Of a DNA stretch of 64,000 bases, positions 11,451 through 25,624 are shown piece by piece. The notes under the pieces are model-generated. The model was not told the origin of the DNA. It did not search any database and worked only from the letters and a program-made list of their open reading frames with translations. This DNA is from Octopus sinensis (taxonomy: Eukaryota): positions 50,282,001 through 50,346,000 of the forward strand of contig NC_043008.1 of NCBI RefSeq assembly GCF_006345805.1, in the 5' to 3' direction. Position 1 is the stretch's first letter. The number at the start of each line of letters is the position of its first letter. The position numbers were made by a program, and so were the translations under genes.

Positions 11451-13982
11451 CGTCTTAATAACAACAACAACAACAACAACAATAATCCATTATTTATTGC
11501 CAACAAAGCCCATTTATGTTTACAATAAAACAAACATATACAAAGGTATTAGGAAATATGAATTAAGCGTAATAAAGTTAAATAAAAATTGTGAAGGAGA
11601 CAGACACATTACACAATAATTTAAGACATGTTAAAAATTTGAAATTTTACCCCAAAAGTTACATATATCCAGAGATATGCCCCAAAATATTTCTGTTTTC
11701 GTTAATAACAAGTACAATAAGCTGACCTTCACTTGAAGTACAAGTTTTCCGCGTGCTTGAGTTATATCGAAGTTGATCAGTATTCAAAGCTTTCCTTCTC
11801 TTAACATTCCTCTTGAAAATAAATAATTTAGACCTAAAAAGAAAATGTAACAAATATATAGTAAATGATAAGAAGAAAATGGAGTTTTAACAGATAAACA
11901 TTGATTTATTAACATATTGTTAATTTTCTGTCACCTATAATTGTTTCCATACCCAAATCATTTGAATTACAAATTAATAAATTAAAATTGCATTTTGAAA
12001 ATAGTGAGTTCTTGAGGGTAAGAAATTATTTGTTTATAAAACATCATATATGTGTGTGTGTGTGTATGTGTGTGTGTGCACGCGCGTGCGTGTGTGTGTA
12101 TGTGTGTGTGTGTATGTATATGCATATATATATATGTGTATATATGTATGTATGTGTATGTATGTATGTGTGTGTATATATATATATATCATCATCATCA
12201 TCATCATCGTTTAACGTCCGTTTTCCATGCTAGCATGGGTTGGACGGTTCAACCAGGGTCTGGGAAGCCAGGAGGCTGCACTAGGCTCCAGTCTGATCTG
12301 GCAGTGTTTTTACAGCTGGATGCCCTTCCTAACACCAACCACTCCATGAGTGTAGTGGGTGCTTTTTACATGCCACCAGCACAGGAGCCAGAGGAGGCTA
12401 GCAACGGTCATGGTTATATATATATATATGTAGTGCATCTTGCAAGCATGAAGTGGATTCGATCCACCATAACCAAATTTCAAGTAAACAGTTCAACAGA
12501 ACTTTTCTCACGGTGGAACAATAGTTTTTCTGTGACGAAGTTTTATATTTTCCAGATTGCCTTAGCTAGGCTGAAATAATGTCTTCACCACTTGATCGTT
12601 TCTAACCCCTTCTATTTCACCAAAAGCTAGAATTAAGTTAACAAGACCACCAACTAATTCTATTGTTCTCAACGATATGCCTATCCTTCTGGATAGTTAT
12701 AAAAGCAAGAACCCCAAGCAAAAATCAGTGACTTGGTGACAACTAAGTTAGTCGGCTTGTGACAACTCAAACAGAGTCAGACAGCTACCATCAGTTAGGG
12801 AGCAGAACGCTAGAATCGTGATCCAAAGCAAGGCAGCTACTAAAGACAATGGTCAAATGAAATCTACTGTCAGCAGCCATGAGACTTCCCACACTCTCTC
12901 ACTTTGTCTTCTCTGCACATTATCATATCTCTTTCTATGGTTTACTACTACAATACGAACACACAGGCCAAAATCAACCTTTTTACTTCGCACGCTCTAG
13001 GATTTTATCACCTGCCCCTTGAGGCATGGTATATTTGATATAACGGTAAATAAATATTTTCTTCACAACTTCAATCAGTGTTCTTTCACCTTTACATAAT
13101 GACTATCAATGAAGAACCAATCCTTATACACTGATTACGCCGACATCTCATATTATTGTTTACTAATTAATATCACCCATTACACACACACACACACACA
13201 TATATATTAAAGATATACAGTGATATATAGTGATATCAAGAATATTTCATTTATGAATATACATAGAGACCTCATTTCCTTACCAGAGTATGTCCGGCTC
13301 TATCTCCAAGAATTACACACTAAATATCACTGTCGGATTGAATGGTACTGCCCAGGTGTCGAAACCATAAGGATATCCATTTGACAGCTGAAGATGGGAC
13401 GTATAGATGTATGCGCTCAATGTGCTTGTTTGTGTGAGCGTGTTTGTGCATTCTGCAGTTGTTGATTGTGAACTTTCTATATTTTATTTTTCCGTGGTTC
13501 TAAGTTGTCCATTGAAATTCTACATGCTGCGGCAATTATGAAAGACTAACAAGACAAAACGCCCAGGAAAATAGACGAAAGGGGTCTTGTTTCATAAGTC
13601 CTTCACTTCAATGGCTGCTGTGCGTGACTGTGACTGTCAACTGGTTGATCAATGGCCTTATTTCCTGATTTGGTCCCATCTGGCTACCAACTATTCCCCA
13701 ACATTATACTGTATATCTATCTTACGTGATTGTCCATATTTGGCATTCAAATCTAGTAAGTTTGTAGCTTATGGTGGTTCTATTGAGGTATACATGGAAA
13801 AAAAAAACACCCTCCCGCCTTTGGTTCTTGAGAGTCGCGTCAGCCACTGGATTGCTTTTCCTCATTAAATCCTAGTAGAAATCTAAATTGTCCTCCAGAA
13901 AGATTAAAACCGATCACGAGCAAATAATACAAATTATAGAAGGATAAAAAAACATTAAAAAATACTTATTAATGCATTTAAG

Positions 13983-14190
13983 ACGGTGAACCGACAGAAT
14001 CGTTAGTACGCCGGGCAAGATGCTTAGCGGCATTTCGTTCATCTTGACGTTTCTGAATTCAAAAACCGCCGAGGTTGATTTGGCTTTCATCCTTCTGGAG
14101 TCGATAAAATAAGTACCAGTTGAGCACTGAGGTCAATATAATCGACTTTCATCCTTCCCCCGAAATTGCTGGTCTTGTGCCAAAAATATG
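13983..14190 (+). mobile_element. SINE family A copy
   Basis: Same core as 3587-3835. Confidence 0.7.
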
Positions 14191-14489
14191 AAAATTTCCA
14201 TATTCTTTTTTTCCAACTAAAATGCCGTATGGCCAAAACAACAAAAACAAATAGTGGTTAGAGCCGTAATGGGTGTAAACGTGTTAAAAACTAATAATGA
14301 AAAACTGGTTGATGTTTCAGAAACATGTTGACACAAATGACTCCTTTTTTGTAGGAAAATCTTTATTTTGTAAACTGTATCTGATTAAAAAGCTTTTACT
14401 TTACAAAAATGTCGACAAATTTTTGCTCACTAAAAGGCAAACGAAAACCCATTCTTGTTTGTTTGTTCAAGTTGATCTTTAATGGATCA

Positions 14490-14870
14490 GTGTATGAGTG
14501 TGTACGTGTGTGTGTATGTGCGTGTGTAGATGGGTGCATTTGTGTGCGTGCGTGTGTATGTGTGAGTGCTTACGTACCAGTGTGTGTGTCTGTATGTATG
14601 TATATGTGCGTATGTGTGTTTGCATGTTTGGGTATGTGTGTGCGTGTTCGTACTTGTGCATGTGTGTGTATATGAAAAGATCCGTGAGTTTATGTTTGTA
14701 CGTGCGCGTGTGTGTGTATGCGTCCGTGTTTGTATATGCATGTGTGTATATGCAAACGTGCGTACTTGTGTGCATATATGCTTGTATGTTTGTGTTTGTA
14801 TGTGTGTGTTCGTACATATGTGTGTCTGTGCATATGAGTGCGTGCGTATGTGTGTCTATGTGCGGCGGGG
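14490..14870. repeat. Degenerate (TG)n/(TA)n microsatellite
   Basis: Visible directly; source of several C/V/Y/H/T-rich ORFs. Confidence 0.9.
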
Positions 14871-16009
14871 AGCAGCTAGTAAATGGAAAGTGGTGTGTGA
14901 GAAGAAGGTAACAAAAAAAGTACAACAAAAAGCCAGGAAACAAAGACGTAGTCAAGAGTCTTAATTGATATATGTGTGAATTGAAAGAGTTCGTTCGTTG
15001 ATCCACTCTGCCTGAAAATGCCGGGCTATCAACGACAAAAGTGGAGAAAAGTTTATATCAAAGAGTTATTGATTATCTGACGCTCAAAAATAAACCTGAA
15101 GCCTTTCCGTGTGAATATGTGTATGTATATGATTATAATAACCGATAACATGTAATCGATAAAGACAACAAGAACACCGATATCTAAAATAACATCTACA
15201 GAGCGAGCCAATATGGAAGGCTTAAGTCGTGGGCAAACTGCGGCCCGCGGGACCTTCTGAATGGCACGCTCAACGAAAAATTATCTTGAATTGTTTTAGC
15301 AGTGTGGCCTGCTTTATGGTGAATCATGTCTCATATGGTCCACTTCTCGAACGGAGTTGCCCCAGCCTGTTCTACACAGTCGTTCGATCTGTCAGAAATG
15401 GCAACCAAGTCTCCCTCGAATTATATTCCACAATCAAATAACAGCACATTAAATAAAAGTTTCAAATTCTGGCACAGAGCTGGCAATTTTAGGAGAAAGT
15501 GGGTAAATTGATTGCATCAGCCTCAATGCTTAAACTGGTGTTTATCTTATTGACCTCGTAGGGATGAAAAGCAAAAGCCGACCTCAACAGAATTAAGACC
15601 ACATTAAATAATTCCTGCAAATTTTAGCATATGGCCAGCAACTTTTAGTGAGGGGGTGGGTGTCGACGATTAGATAGATAGCAGCGATTCACTGATACTT
15701 TATTTCATCGACCCTGAAAGGATGAAAGGCAAAGTCGACCTACTTTAGGTTTCTGGAGAAAAAGAAGAAAAAAAAAGAGAGACGAGATGGTTCATAGCCA
15801 CAATGCTTGTGATTATATTTCGGAGGAGTTTGTGAATGGTTACCACTTCTTCTTTGGAAAGGAAAAGCGCTAAAGTGGGTGGCAGAATATATATTTTTTT
15901 ATTTAATTTTTGGAAAGTAAAATATTTTTTGAGATCTTTTGTGGTTTCAGTCACTGCATGTCGAAATCCTTTTTAAAAAGTTTTAACGTAGTCCATAGAT
16001 GTAATTTGT

Positions 16010-16325
16010 GACGCTGAATCCGAATTTGGGATCTTTACCTCTTGACCGACAGATTAAAAAATAATTTTTTGTAACTAAACACTTTCAAACTTCGTATACT
16101 GGTAGAATGTGTCATATAAAACCTCTTTTACTCTTGGCGTTGTTGAGAAAATTCTGTATTTTGGAAGTTATTTCTTGTTAAAGTTGTCGTATTCGCCAAG
16201 AGTAATAGATGTTTTATGTGACACGTTCTACAAGTATACAAAGTTTGAAAAAGTTTAGTTACAAAAAATTATTTTTTAAATCTGACAGTCAAATGGTAAA
16301 GATCCCGAATTTGTTATTCATTTAT
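16010..16325. mobile_element. MITE with ~70-bp imperfect TIRs
   Basis: GAATTTGGGATCTTTACC...GTAACTAAACACTTTCAAACTT mirrored by AAGTTTGAAAAAGTTTAGTTAC...GGTAAAGATCCCGAATTT. Confidence 0.65.
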
Positions 16326-16611
16326 TCCAGAAAAACTTTGCGAAAATATTATAGGTATTCAGAGTTTAATAATTTTCAGAATTTTCAGCCAATCAGAAAA
16401 CAACGTATTCGCTACCTCTTCCATCATCTGTCACAGTAGTGAGAAGGGGGGTGGTCGAAAACAAGTGTGGAACACCTGGTGGTTACACTTCTTGGGTTGC
16501 TATGGAAACAGAGTTCTTTGCTTACTATACTAACAGAACTTCACGCCATGTGTAAAATACTCGCTTCTGATTGGCTAAAATACCCAAATTTTGCAAACTT
16601 TAAAGGCTCTC

Positions 16612-16828
16612 TCTCTTTTTACTTGTTTCAGTCATTTGACTGTGGCTATGCTGGGGCACCGCCTTTAGTCGAGCAAATCGACCCCAGGACTTATTCTTTG
16701 TAAGCCTTGTACTTATTCTATCAGTCTCTTTTGCCGAACCGCTAAGTTACAGGGACGTAAACACACCAGCATCGGTTGTCAAGCGATGTTGGGGTGACAA
16801 ACACACACATAATATATGTATATATATA

Positions 16829-16859
<31 letters not shown>

Positions 16860-17008
16860 GTAAGCGAAGAACTCAGTTTCCGTCTACCAAATCCACTCAC
16901 AAGGCTTTGGTCGGCCCAAGGCTATAGTAGAAGACACTTGCCCAAGGTGCCACGCAGTGGGACTGAACCCGGAACCATGTGGTAAGCAAGCTACTTACCA
17001 CACAGCCA
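16612..17008 (-). mobile_element. SINE family B (tRNA-like head, internal (TA)n)
   Basis: Near-identical to 63281-63660 in reverse. Confidence 0.85.
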
Positions 17009-17379
17009 CAACTTTTTAATTATAAATTTAAAGGACAAACGAATTTCATTTTCATAATTGGTATACAAAACTTAATCTATATACCAAATTTAAAAACAAC
17101 TGGAACAAAACTGGAGATAGTGATTTAAACCAAAAAGATCCAATTTGTTGTTCTGTATGAAACGAGAAATGCTAAAAATTTAATAAATAAAAAAATAAAG
17201 GAAACATCCCACTCAATTCTTTGCCCTCTATTTATCCCATGAAGTGTGATATCTATTTCGAAACTCCAGCCGTATGATGACTCTCATAGGGAATGACCAA
17301 GGGTTAAACGGGATATATAACAGCTTGTGTTCTCTGACAACAATGATGATGATGATGATCGTAATGGTTTCAAATGTTG

Positions 17380-17760
17380 GCAGGGAAGGAGTACATGACT
17401 GGTACTTTATTTTATCGACACCGAAATGACGAAAAGCCAAGACGACCTCGATGGCATTCGAACTCAGAACGTAAAGAATCAGAAGAAATGCCATAATGCA
17501 TTTTATCCGACATGCTAACGGTTCTACCAGCTCGCCGCCTTCCGTGATGCTAATGATGATGATGAGGATGATGATGATGTTTCTCTCAGAGGCATAGGGC
17601 TTGAAATTTTAGTTGGAAGAGGTTAGTCGATTAAATCAAACCCAGTACTTGACTGGTACTTTCGACCCCGGAGCAACAAAAAGCAAAGTTGACCTCGGCA
17701 GGACTTGAACTCAGAAAGGAGGAAGCCGTAACTAAATACCACAAGGTATTTCGTCCACCA
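17380..17760 (-). mobile_element. Two decayed SINE family A copies
   Basis: Shared core with other family A copies. Confidence 0.6.
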
Positions 17761-18174
17761 CTTTAACAATTCAATGACCAATATAACGATAATTATCTTT
17801 TCTTTTATATCTTTCTTTCTTTTTTCTTCTTTCTTTTTTTTTTTCTTTTGTACTTTCTAGCAAATATTTTAATAATACGTATCGAACAATCAAATCGAAG
17901 ATGTCTACTGATTTATAGCAAGTTTTACCAACGTGTATATTAGATATTTGAGGCCTGAAATCGCTATATCGCTTTAAGTGTCTTTAGGAAAAAAACAATT
18001 GAATAAAGGAAATAAGCGGTTTCATCTACCATTAAAAGAAGAAAAGAGGAAAGACAAAAACATAAGAAAAAATGTATTCTACAATAGATCGTCGAGTTAG
18101 AAACTAGAGATAGACACGATTAGACACAAAAGACAGAACGTAAATATAAATGCGGTATTAAGTGTTGCTGGTTA

Positions 18175-18180
18175 TTTATT
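18175..18180 (-). promoter_or_regulatory. Putative polyadenylation signal AATAAA of GH9 gene
   Basis: Plus-strand TTTATT just 3' of the proposed stop codon. Confidence 0.4.
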
Positions 18181-18202
18181 TAAAAGATAAGTGACCATTC
18201 CT

Positions 18203-18228
18203 TCATAGACTAGCTAAATAGAACACTC
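18203..18228 (-). CDS. GH9 putative terminal coding exon (G-VFYLASL*)
   Basis: T-rich tract + tgcAG acceptor. Phase 1 gives ...HSAVSGVFYLASL*, resembling the usual GH9 C-terminal helix. AATAAA lies 23 nt downstream. Confidence 0.6.
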
Positions 18229-18576
18229 CTGCATAACAACAACAACAATAATAATAATAATAATAATAACAAAGATGATAAATGCAAGTATAAAAGGAAA
18301 AGGGTAGGTGGTGCAATCTTGAAACAAGATGTACCGATTGATCGATATAATATGATGTTTTAGCAATCTGACAGCAGCTCCATTATACCACGTCCTCTCT
18401 TTCTCTCCACCTTCCTTCCACATAATTTTACCGTTTTGTTTTCGTGACAAAAAAAACCCCGCTTACTTTATACGATATCTAAAATTCAAATGGTTTGACG
18501 TCATTTAATTTAGTTTTAATCTTTTAATCAGGAAATAAGGGTCTTGTTTTAACACTTTGCTGGGCCTCCAAGCCTA

Positions 18577-18708
<132 letters not shown>

Positions 18709-19644
18709 GTTCTCTTCAAACCAGAAATGCTTGTAACGGAGTGGACTCTGCTAACAGTACCCAAGAAACCAGGTTTGTAGTTTACAGTTGTTAAAAGAAA
18801 CTGAAAGTAAATTGTCCGAAAAGTAAATTGTGTTAGAAACCGAAAGTAATGTTAGTAATCTCCCACAATTTCATGTAAACAATGTATGTGACACACGTTT
18901 AATATAACGTACTCATATTTTAATATAACATGAAATCCGTACATATCCTTAAGCGATCTTTTCAATTGAAAAGATCCTATTTAAAATTAAAACAATCACA
19001 TTTACAGGAAAACATAACAGTCATTGATACACAAAATGAGATTCATGACTAGTTTTTCACGATATATGTTCATGAGGACATGAAATAAATCTTCACTAGT
19101 CCCTCTATAACAGTTGAATTCGACCCTATATAGTTTATTAAGTGTATGGACCCCATTTCAGTCCAGCCGACAGTTTAAATGGTAGTCCAGCAATGTAACT
19201 GGGACTGTTTGTGAACAGAGTCTACGATCACGGCTGGTTTTAGCGCGAGAAAGCTTCAGTGAATTCGGACCATGAGCAAATTTAGTCCTTGGTGGATTCC
19301 ACTCTCAGTAATAGCTATCCTTACAGCTACATTTCTTAACCCAGTGTAACTCTTACTAATAGATGTTCTCACAGCTAGATACTCATCTTGGTGTAATAGC
19401 TGAAGAAACATAGAATAATGCATAGACGTGTAAAACTCAGCCTAAATGTGAATTTCTGGTGAAGATCTCCCGCACCCGTAATATACATTGTTTCACACAA
19501 AATTTACATCTGTATTAATGTAGCAATAAATGATGTACATATTCTGACAACAAGTCCTTCTTCATGACCACACTACATCACATTACCACCTGAGTTTCTT
19601 ATTGGTGAGCATCCATCACCCTTCTATTGTCTGTGTATAGATAC

Positions 19645-19865
19645 CTATTTCTTTACTGCCCACAGAGGGGACAAACAAGGACAGACAAACGGATTAAGTC
19701 GATTATATCGACTCCAGTGCGTAACTGGTACTTAATTTATCGACCCTGAAAGGATGAAAGGCAAAGTCGACCTCGGCGGAATTTGAACTCAGAACGTAAC
19801 GGCAGACGAAATACTGCTAAGTATTTCGCCTGACATGCTAACGATTCTGCCAGCTCGCCGCCTTT
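19645..19865 (-). mobile_element. SINE family A copy (GH9 intron 9)
   Basis: Full family A core. Confidence 0.8.
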
Positions 19866-20879
19866 TGTCTGTGTATGGATACCATCATCATTTGGAACAA
19901 CAGAATTGAGTGAATGGTTGGCAATTTGATGAGCATAGAAGTTAAGACCCACATAGGAAGCCCACCCATCAGATATCAAATGTGCAGTATGAAATTTTAG
20001 TATACCAATTATTCATTACTTTCAGCTTCTATCACAATTTACTTTCACTTTTTTTAGACAATTTACTTTTAATATTTTTTTTCAAGACAGTGGGGCACAC
20101 TTGTGTAGGTATGCCCAATTCTATACATGTCATATACAATTCTATATATGTTTGTGTCCAACACAGTGAAAACCATGAAAATTGCTAAAATATCTAATAT
20201 TTCAAGGCATCATCAAATTACCAAAACTATATTGCCCCCTCAAAACCAAGATTTCTATTTAGGATCAGAAAATATTACACCATTGAACGGTTTCTGAGCC
20301 TTACATAGCTTAAGTAAGAAGCTTTCATCAGTGGAATAATGACACACACACACACACTTTTCTCTCCCCCTTCCATTCTCTCACACACAAAAAATCTTAG
20401 ACCACACCCAAAAGAATTCCAACTGACTGAATTGCTTGCCAGCACATTCCTGTCTCTGCCTCTTCTCCCTTTACTACAATGGTGTCTGCCTCTATAAGCT
20501 TGCTAACTGCATGTAAACCAGTTGCACCAAAGACCACACAACATACCAATCTGTATTCTTTTTGTCATCTTCACTTGGTTCTGACCCTACAAGGGTCAGC
20601 TGAAAAGATCATTGGCTGACCAAGATACTCTCATGGAGTGTGACCAAATGAGATTTATTTTCAACATAATCCTCCTTGCAGTCCACACCCTTCTTCCATC
20701 AGTGTTGCAGTGCTTGGATCCAATTGGTGAAGAAACTTCCTAGCACCAGCATAGCTGCGGATCGGGATGGTCCACCCCTGGGCAGCACTTTTGGGTTTGC
20801 TGCAAGCAACGTGTTTTTTTTTTGTGGGGTCCAGGGATGACAAACAGAAAGACCACACACACTCTAGCTACGCTGGTGC

Positions 20880-21190
20880 TTCCTAGTCAAGGGTTCTTCA
20901 TGTTGGGGAACAGATGATAGTCAGATGGGGCCAAATCAGGAGAACAGTGAGAATGATCAACCAGTTCAATGCCACAGTCACACCAAGGACTTATATGGTA
21001 GAATATTGTCCTGATGAAACAAGATCCCTTTCATCAGTTTTCCTGGACATTTGGTCTTGACAGCCTTTCATAACTGCCTCAGCAAGTTGGCATGGCACCC
21101 TCCAATGATGGTGTGGTCCATTTGAAGATGGACAATGAGCACAATGCTTTTTACATCCCAAGAGACTGAGGATCTCATCCTCTCTGCATA
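20880..21190 (-). mobile_element. Decayed mariner transposase fragment
   Basis: Minus translation KGILFHQDN and ELVDHSHCSPDLAPSDYHLFPNMKN (YSPDLAP-type motif). Confidence 0.75.
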
Positions 21191-21563
21191 TGAAGCACCA
21201 GATGCTACATAGCCATCAACCAAACTGCAAGTATATAGGATATACCTACCTACCTACATACATACATACATACCTGCTTACATGCAAGTTACTTGGTGAC
21301 CCTGCAAAAAGCATCCCGTTCACATTGTAAAGCAGTTAGCATTTGGTTGGGCATACAGCTGTGGAAACCATGCCAAACTGAAACTCACCTGTGCTTGTAC
21401 CACATAAAAAGCACTCGGTCCACTTTGCTGGGAGGTTGGTGTTATGAAGGGCATCCAGCTGTAAAAGCAGTGCCAAAACTGACACAGAAGTCTGGTGCAG
21501 GCTCATACCTGGCCAGCTCCTGTCAAACTGTCCAACCCATGCTAGCATGGAAGGTGGACATTA

Positions 21564-21815
<252 letters not shown>

Positions 21816-21869
21816 TTAAATAAAATAGAAATGGGTTTGTTTAAAGAAATACAAAAGAAATTCATTTAG

Positions 21870-21904
21870 TCTTTATTATAATAATAATAATGATAATAAT
21901 ATTC

Positions 21905-21945
<41 letters not shown>

Positions 21946-22003
21946 CATAATAATCATAATAATAATATTCATAATAATAATAATGATAATAATAATAATA
22001 ATG

Positions 22004-22040
<37 letters not shown>

Positions 22041-22042
22041 TA

Positions 22043-22115
<73 letters not shown>
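21870..22115. repeat. (ATA)n trinucleotide microsatellite
   Basis: Visible directly; source of poly-Ile ORFs. Confidence 0.95.
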
Positions 22116-22116
<1 letters not shown>

Positions 22117-22119
22117 CCT

Positions 22120-22790
22120 TTCTACTACAGGCACAAGGCCTGAAATTTTGGGGGCGGGATTAATTCGATTACATTGACCCCAGTATGCAACTAGTACTTA
22201 ATTTATCAACTCCAGAAGGATGAAAGGCAAAGTCAACCTTGGCAGAATTTGAACTCAGAACATCAAGATGGAGAAAATACTGCTAAGCATTTTGCCTGGT
22301 ATGCTAACGATTCTGCCAGCTCGCCACCTTAATAATGATGATGATGATGACGATGACGATTCTTTTTTACCAGAGGCACACGGTCTGAAATTTGTGGGGA
22401 GGGGCCTAGTTGATTACATTGACCTCAATGTATAACTGGTACTTAATTTATCAACCCTGAAAGGATGAAAGGCAAAGTCGACCTTGGTGAAACTTGAACT
22501 CAGAACATAAAGCCGGAAGAAATGGTACTTATTCTATTGGTCTCTTTTTGCTGAACTCCTCTGTTATGAGGACAGAAACAAACCAACACCAGTTGTCAGG
22601 TGGTAGTGGGTGGGGACAAACACAAAAACATGCTCTTATACACATACATACAATGGACTTCCATATAATTTCTGCCTACCAAATTCACTGACAAGGCATT
22701 GGTTGGCCCAAGGCTATAGCAGAAGACACCCAAGGTGCCATGCAGTGGGACTGAACCCAGAACCATGTAGTTGGGAAGCAAACGTCTTAT
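22120..22790 (-). mobile_element. Cluster of decayed SINE A (x2) and SINE B copies in GH9 intron 8
   Basis: Recognisable cores with many CpG->TpG/CpA changes. Confidence 0.7.
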
Positions 22791-22851
22791 GTATGTATAT
22801 ATGTATGTAATAGATTTGACTGTTAACAGCAAAACAAAAAATGTTCTTTAC

Positions 22852-23017
22852 CTTCCAGCATGATGTGGTCTCGTTGGTGGGTTGTGACCAGCCCCTACAA
22901 CATAACTTCTGCCACTGTCTCCCAGAATGTAGTGGATTTGCTGAAGAGCCCAGTACCGATAGACTGTTGAATTTAAGCCAGATTCAGCAGCCAGAAGAGC
23001 AATAAATGCCATGTTTC
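22852..23017 (-). CDS. GH9 exon 8 ([11 protein letters not shown]...[29 protein letters not shown])
   Basis: tttcAG acceptor, GTAAAG donor; QI.Y.LG...RSYVVG and PHH motifs. Not in the ORF track. Confidence 0.94.
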
Positions 23018-23374
23018 CTGAAAGAATATGTTCAAGATATAATAAAGAAAAAAATCAAAAGAGAAAACAAATAACTTCAATGTTCATTGATAGATATGTA
23101 ATTATATGTGATAAATATGTAACACATATATACATATACATACATGAGTGAGTTTACCTGTGATGTGGCATGTAAAAAGCACCCACTACACTATCAGAGT
23201 GGTCGGCATTAGGAAAGGCATCCAGCCGTAGAAACCTTGTCAAATCAGATTGGAACTTATGCAGCCCCCACCTCACCCACCCTGGCTTACCAGCTTTCAG
23301 TCAAACCCATGCCAGCCAGCATGGAAAGATGTGATGCTAATGATAATGATATATATATATATATATAATATATA

Positions 23375-23430
<56 letters not shown>

Positions 23431-24000
23431 ATATGTATGCATTTGTGTGCACGTCATGCACTAAGACAAAACAAAAGTTGGTTCACAAATTATTTAGTTA
23501 TGTCATCTTACATGTATTTCATTAATAATAAAATATGTTTTACAAGGAAAATCTTAAAAGCAGTTTACATTATCAAATCTTCAGAGATTGCATAATGCTC
23601 ATTAACAATTATTAGGATTTATACTGAACTGCAAACAGAGTTAAGGTATCAGTGACAATAACTATTGTCTTTAGAAATGACTAACAGGCTTGTATAAAGT
23701 TTCCATCTACCCAATTTCTAAGGCTATAAGAAAATGGCATTTGTCCAAAGTGCAACATAAATGCCCATTTTTGTAGCCACAGGACCTCATGGTTGCAAAG
23801 TGGGCTTCTTAATCAATTGGTCATACTGTGCCTACACATGAACGTTAACTACATGTTTAATACATCCTGAATCTTCTACATAAACATGTATCTGCACATG
23901 TTGAATAGATTTGAAATGCAGAAGCAAAAACATGTTCAGGTATTCACTGTCAGTATTTAACTTGAATAAACCAACAAAACTGTTTCCTTTGCCGACTTAC

Positions 24001-24145
24001 CTGCATACCTGAGCACTCCCCATGATGACCTATACACCAAACCTTTCGGCGTGTAGGGCAGAGTACCACCAGGTAACCAATCTTGTAAAATCTGAGTCAA
24101 ATCCCGTTTGTATTTTGCCTTCCTGGTTAAATTGTAGAGCAAAAC
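24001..24145 (-). CDS. GH9 exon 7 (VLLYNLTRK...YTPKGLVYRSSWGVLRYA)
   Basis: tgtAG acceptor, GTAAGT donor; YTPKGL and WG.LRYA motifs. Confidence 0.95.
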
Positions 24146-24954
24146 CTACAAAGAAGCAAATTCAGAGTTCTTCAAAGTTATTTACTTGTTGTTGGGTTGT
24201 TATTGTTTAGCCCCAGGTCAGCCCTGACCAACCAGATCTATAATCAAAGACGTTACAGTTGTGACCATTCGGCTTTAATTTCACACACAGTATATCATAA
24301 ACTACATTATCTAATTTGTCCTTTCATTTTATAAGTAGGTAAGGTATGAATTGAGGGAAATTTATTTCTAGCAAATCAAATGATTACACAGATGCTCCCT
24401 CAGTGCTTCATATTATTGGATTATTTAAAAGTGTGGTGTGTGGTAGGGAGGGCAGTCTGCTGACAAAATGCCTTCTGATCTTCAGGCACATCATTTTATG
24501 AACTCCAGCTAGTGCTGTCTTTACTTTTCATTTTCCCACAGTTTGATGAAATAGAGTGCCAATATGGTTTTAGTCTTTCATGCAGTAAAGTACATTAGAT
24601 CACCCTGTGGTACCTACTTGCAGTTAGGTGAACTGAGCCATTGACAGCTTAACCCTTTTGTTACAGTATTTCTGTTGAGATGCTCTGTGTTTCTTTCAAT
24701 TAACTTTAAATATAACAAAGAATTTAGTAAAATCACTTCGTTATCATTAAGCTAGTGTTAAGATCATAAATTGTGACTAAGGTTTGGTGGAAGATTTTTG
24801 AGAACTAAGATTGTTGGGCATAGATGCAATACTTTTAACTACATAAGCCTGTGATACCAGCTTCTATTTAGTTAGAGTGACTTGTTGGTACTTGATTGTC
24901 TTCACCATGGATACTAGCTATTGAAGTATATAGCATTGTTATATCTATAGTTAA

Positions 24955-25185
24955 GGCGGTGAGCTGGCAGAAATGTTAACATGTTGGGCGAAATGTTTAG
25001 CGCTATTTCGTCTCCCGTTACGTTGTGAGTTCAAATTCTGCCGAGATCGACTTTGCCTTTCATCCTTTCGGGGTCGATAAATTAAGTACTAGTTATGCAC
25101 TGGGGTCGATGTAATTGACTTAATCCTTTTGTCTGTCCTTGTTTGTCCCCTCTATGACTAGCCCCTTGTGGGTAATAAAGAAATA
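24955..25185 (+). mobile_element. SINE family A copy (GH9 intron 6)
   Basis: Full family A core and tail. Confidence 0.8.
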
Positions 25186-25473
25186 ATATATATATAGTTC
25201 CTATTTACAGTTAGATGGACTGTGATATAAATAGTGAAGTATCACAGCTATGGATACAACAGGGTAAAATATATCCTTTTATAGCTAACCAGATATATAG
25301 ATTTATTGAAATTTAAATATCTTGTCCATGGAAACAATATGACCCTAATGTCACAACGCAAACCTTTGATTCATCATTTCGTCATCCAGTATATTCTATC
25401 AACTTGAATTATCAGCAGCTTTTATTTCTAAGTAACCAAAGAATTTTTTTTAAAAACCCACAAAGCAACTCAC

Positions 25474-25624
25474 CATGGAACCAATTTCCTTTTCATCCCA
25501 AGAAAACGACCAAACCCAGCCACCTCTATAGTTTCTCTCAGCATAATGTAAGTACTTTTTCATCCCTGTAGCACGATACAGCCAAATGGCAGCCCATGTC
25601 AGTTCATCTTGGTAACCCGAAGAA
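25474..25624 (-). CDS. GH9 exon 6 (PSSGYQDELTWAAIWLYRATG...FSWDEKEIGSM)
   Basis: ttctAG acceptor, GTGAGT donor; DEL.WAA.WLY and FSWD.K motifs. Confidence 0.95.

Noticed and set aside
19383-19399. Alternative GH9 last exon (A-ITPR*)
   Set aside because: Good acceptor, but the peptide fits the GH9 C-terminal helix less well than 18228-18203. Not fully excluded.
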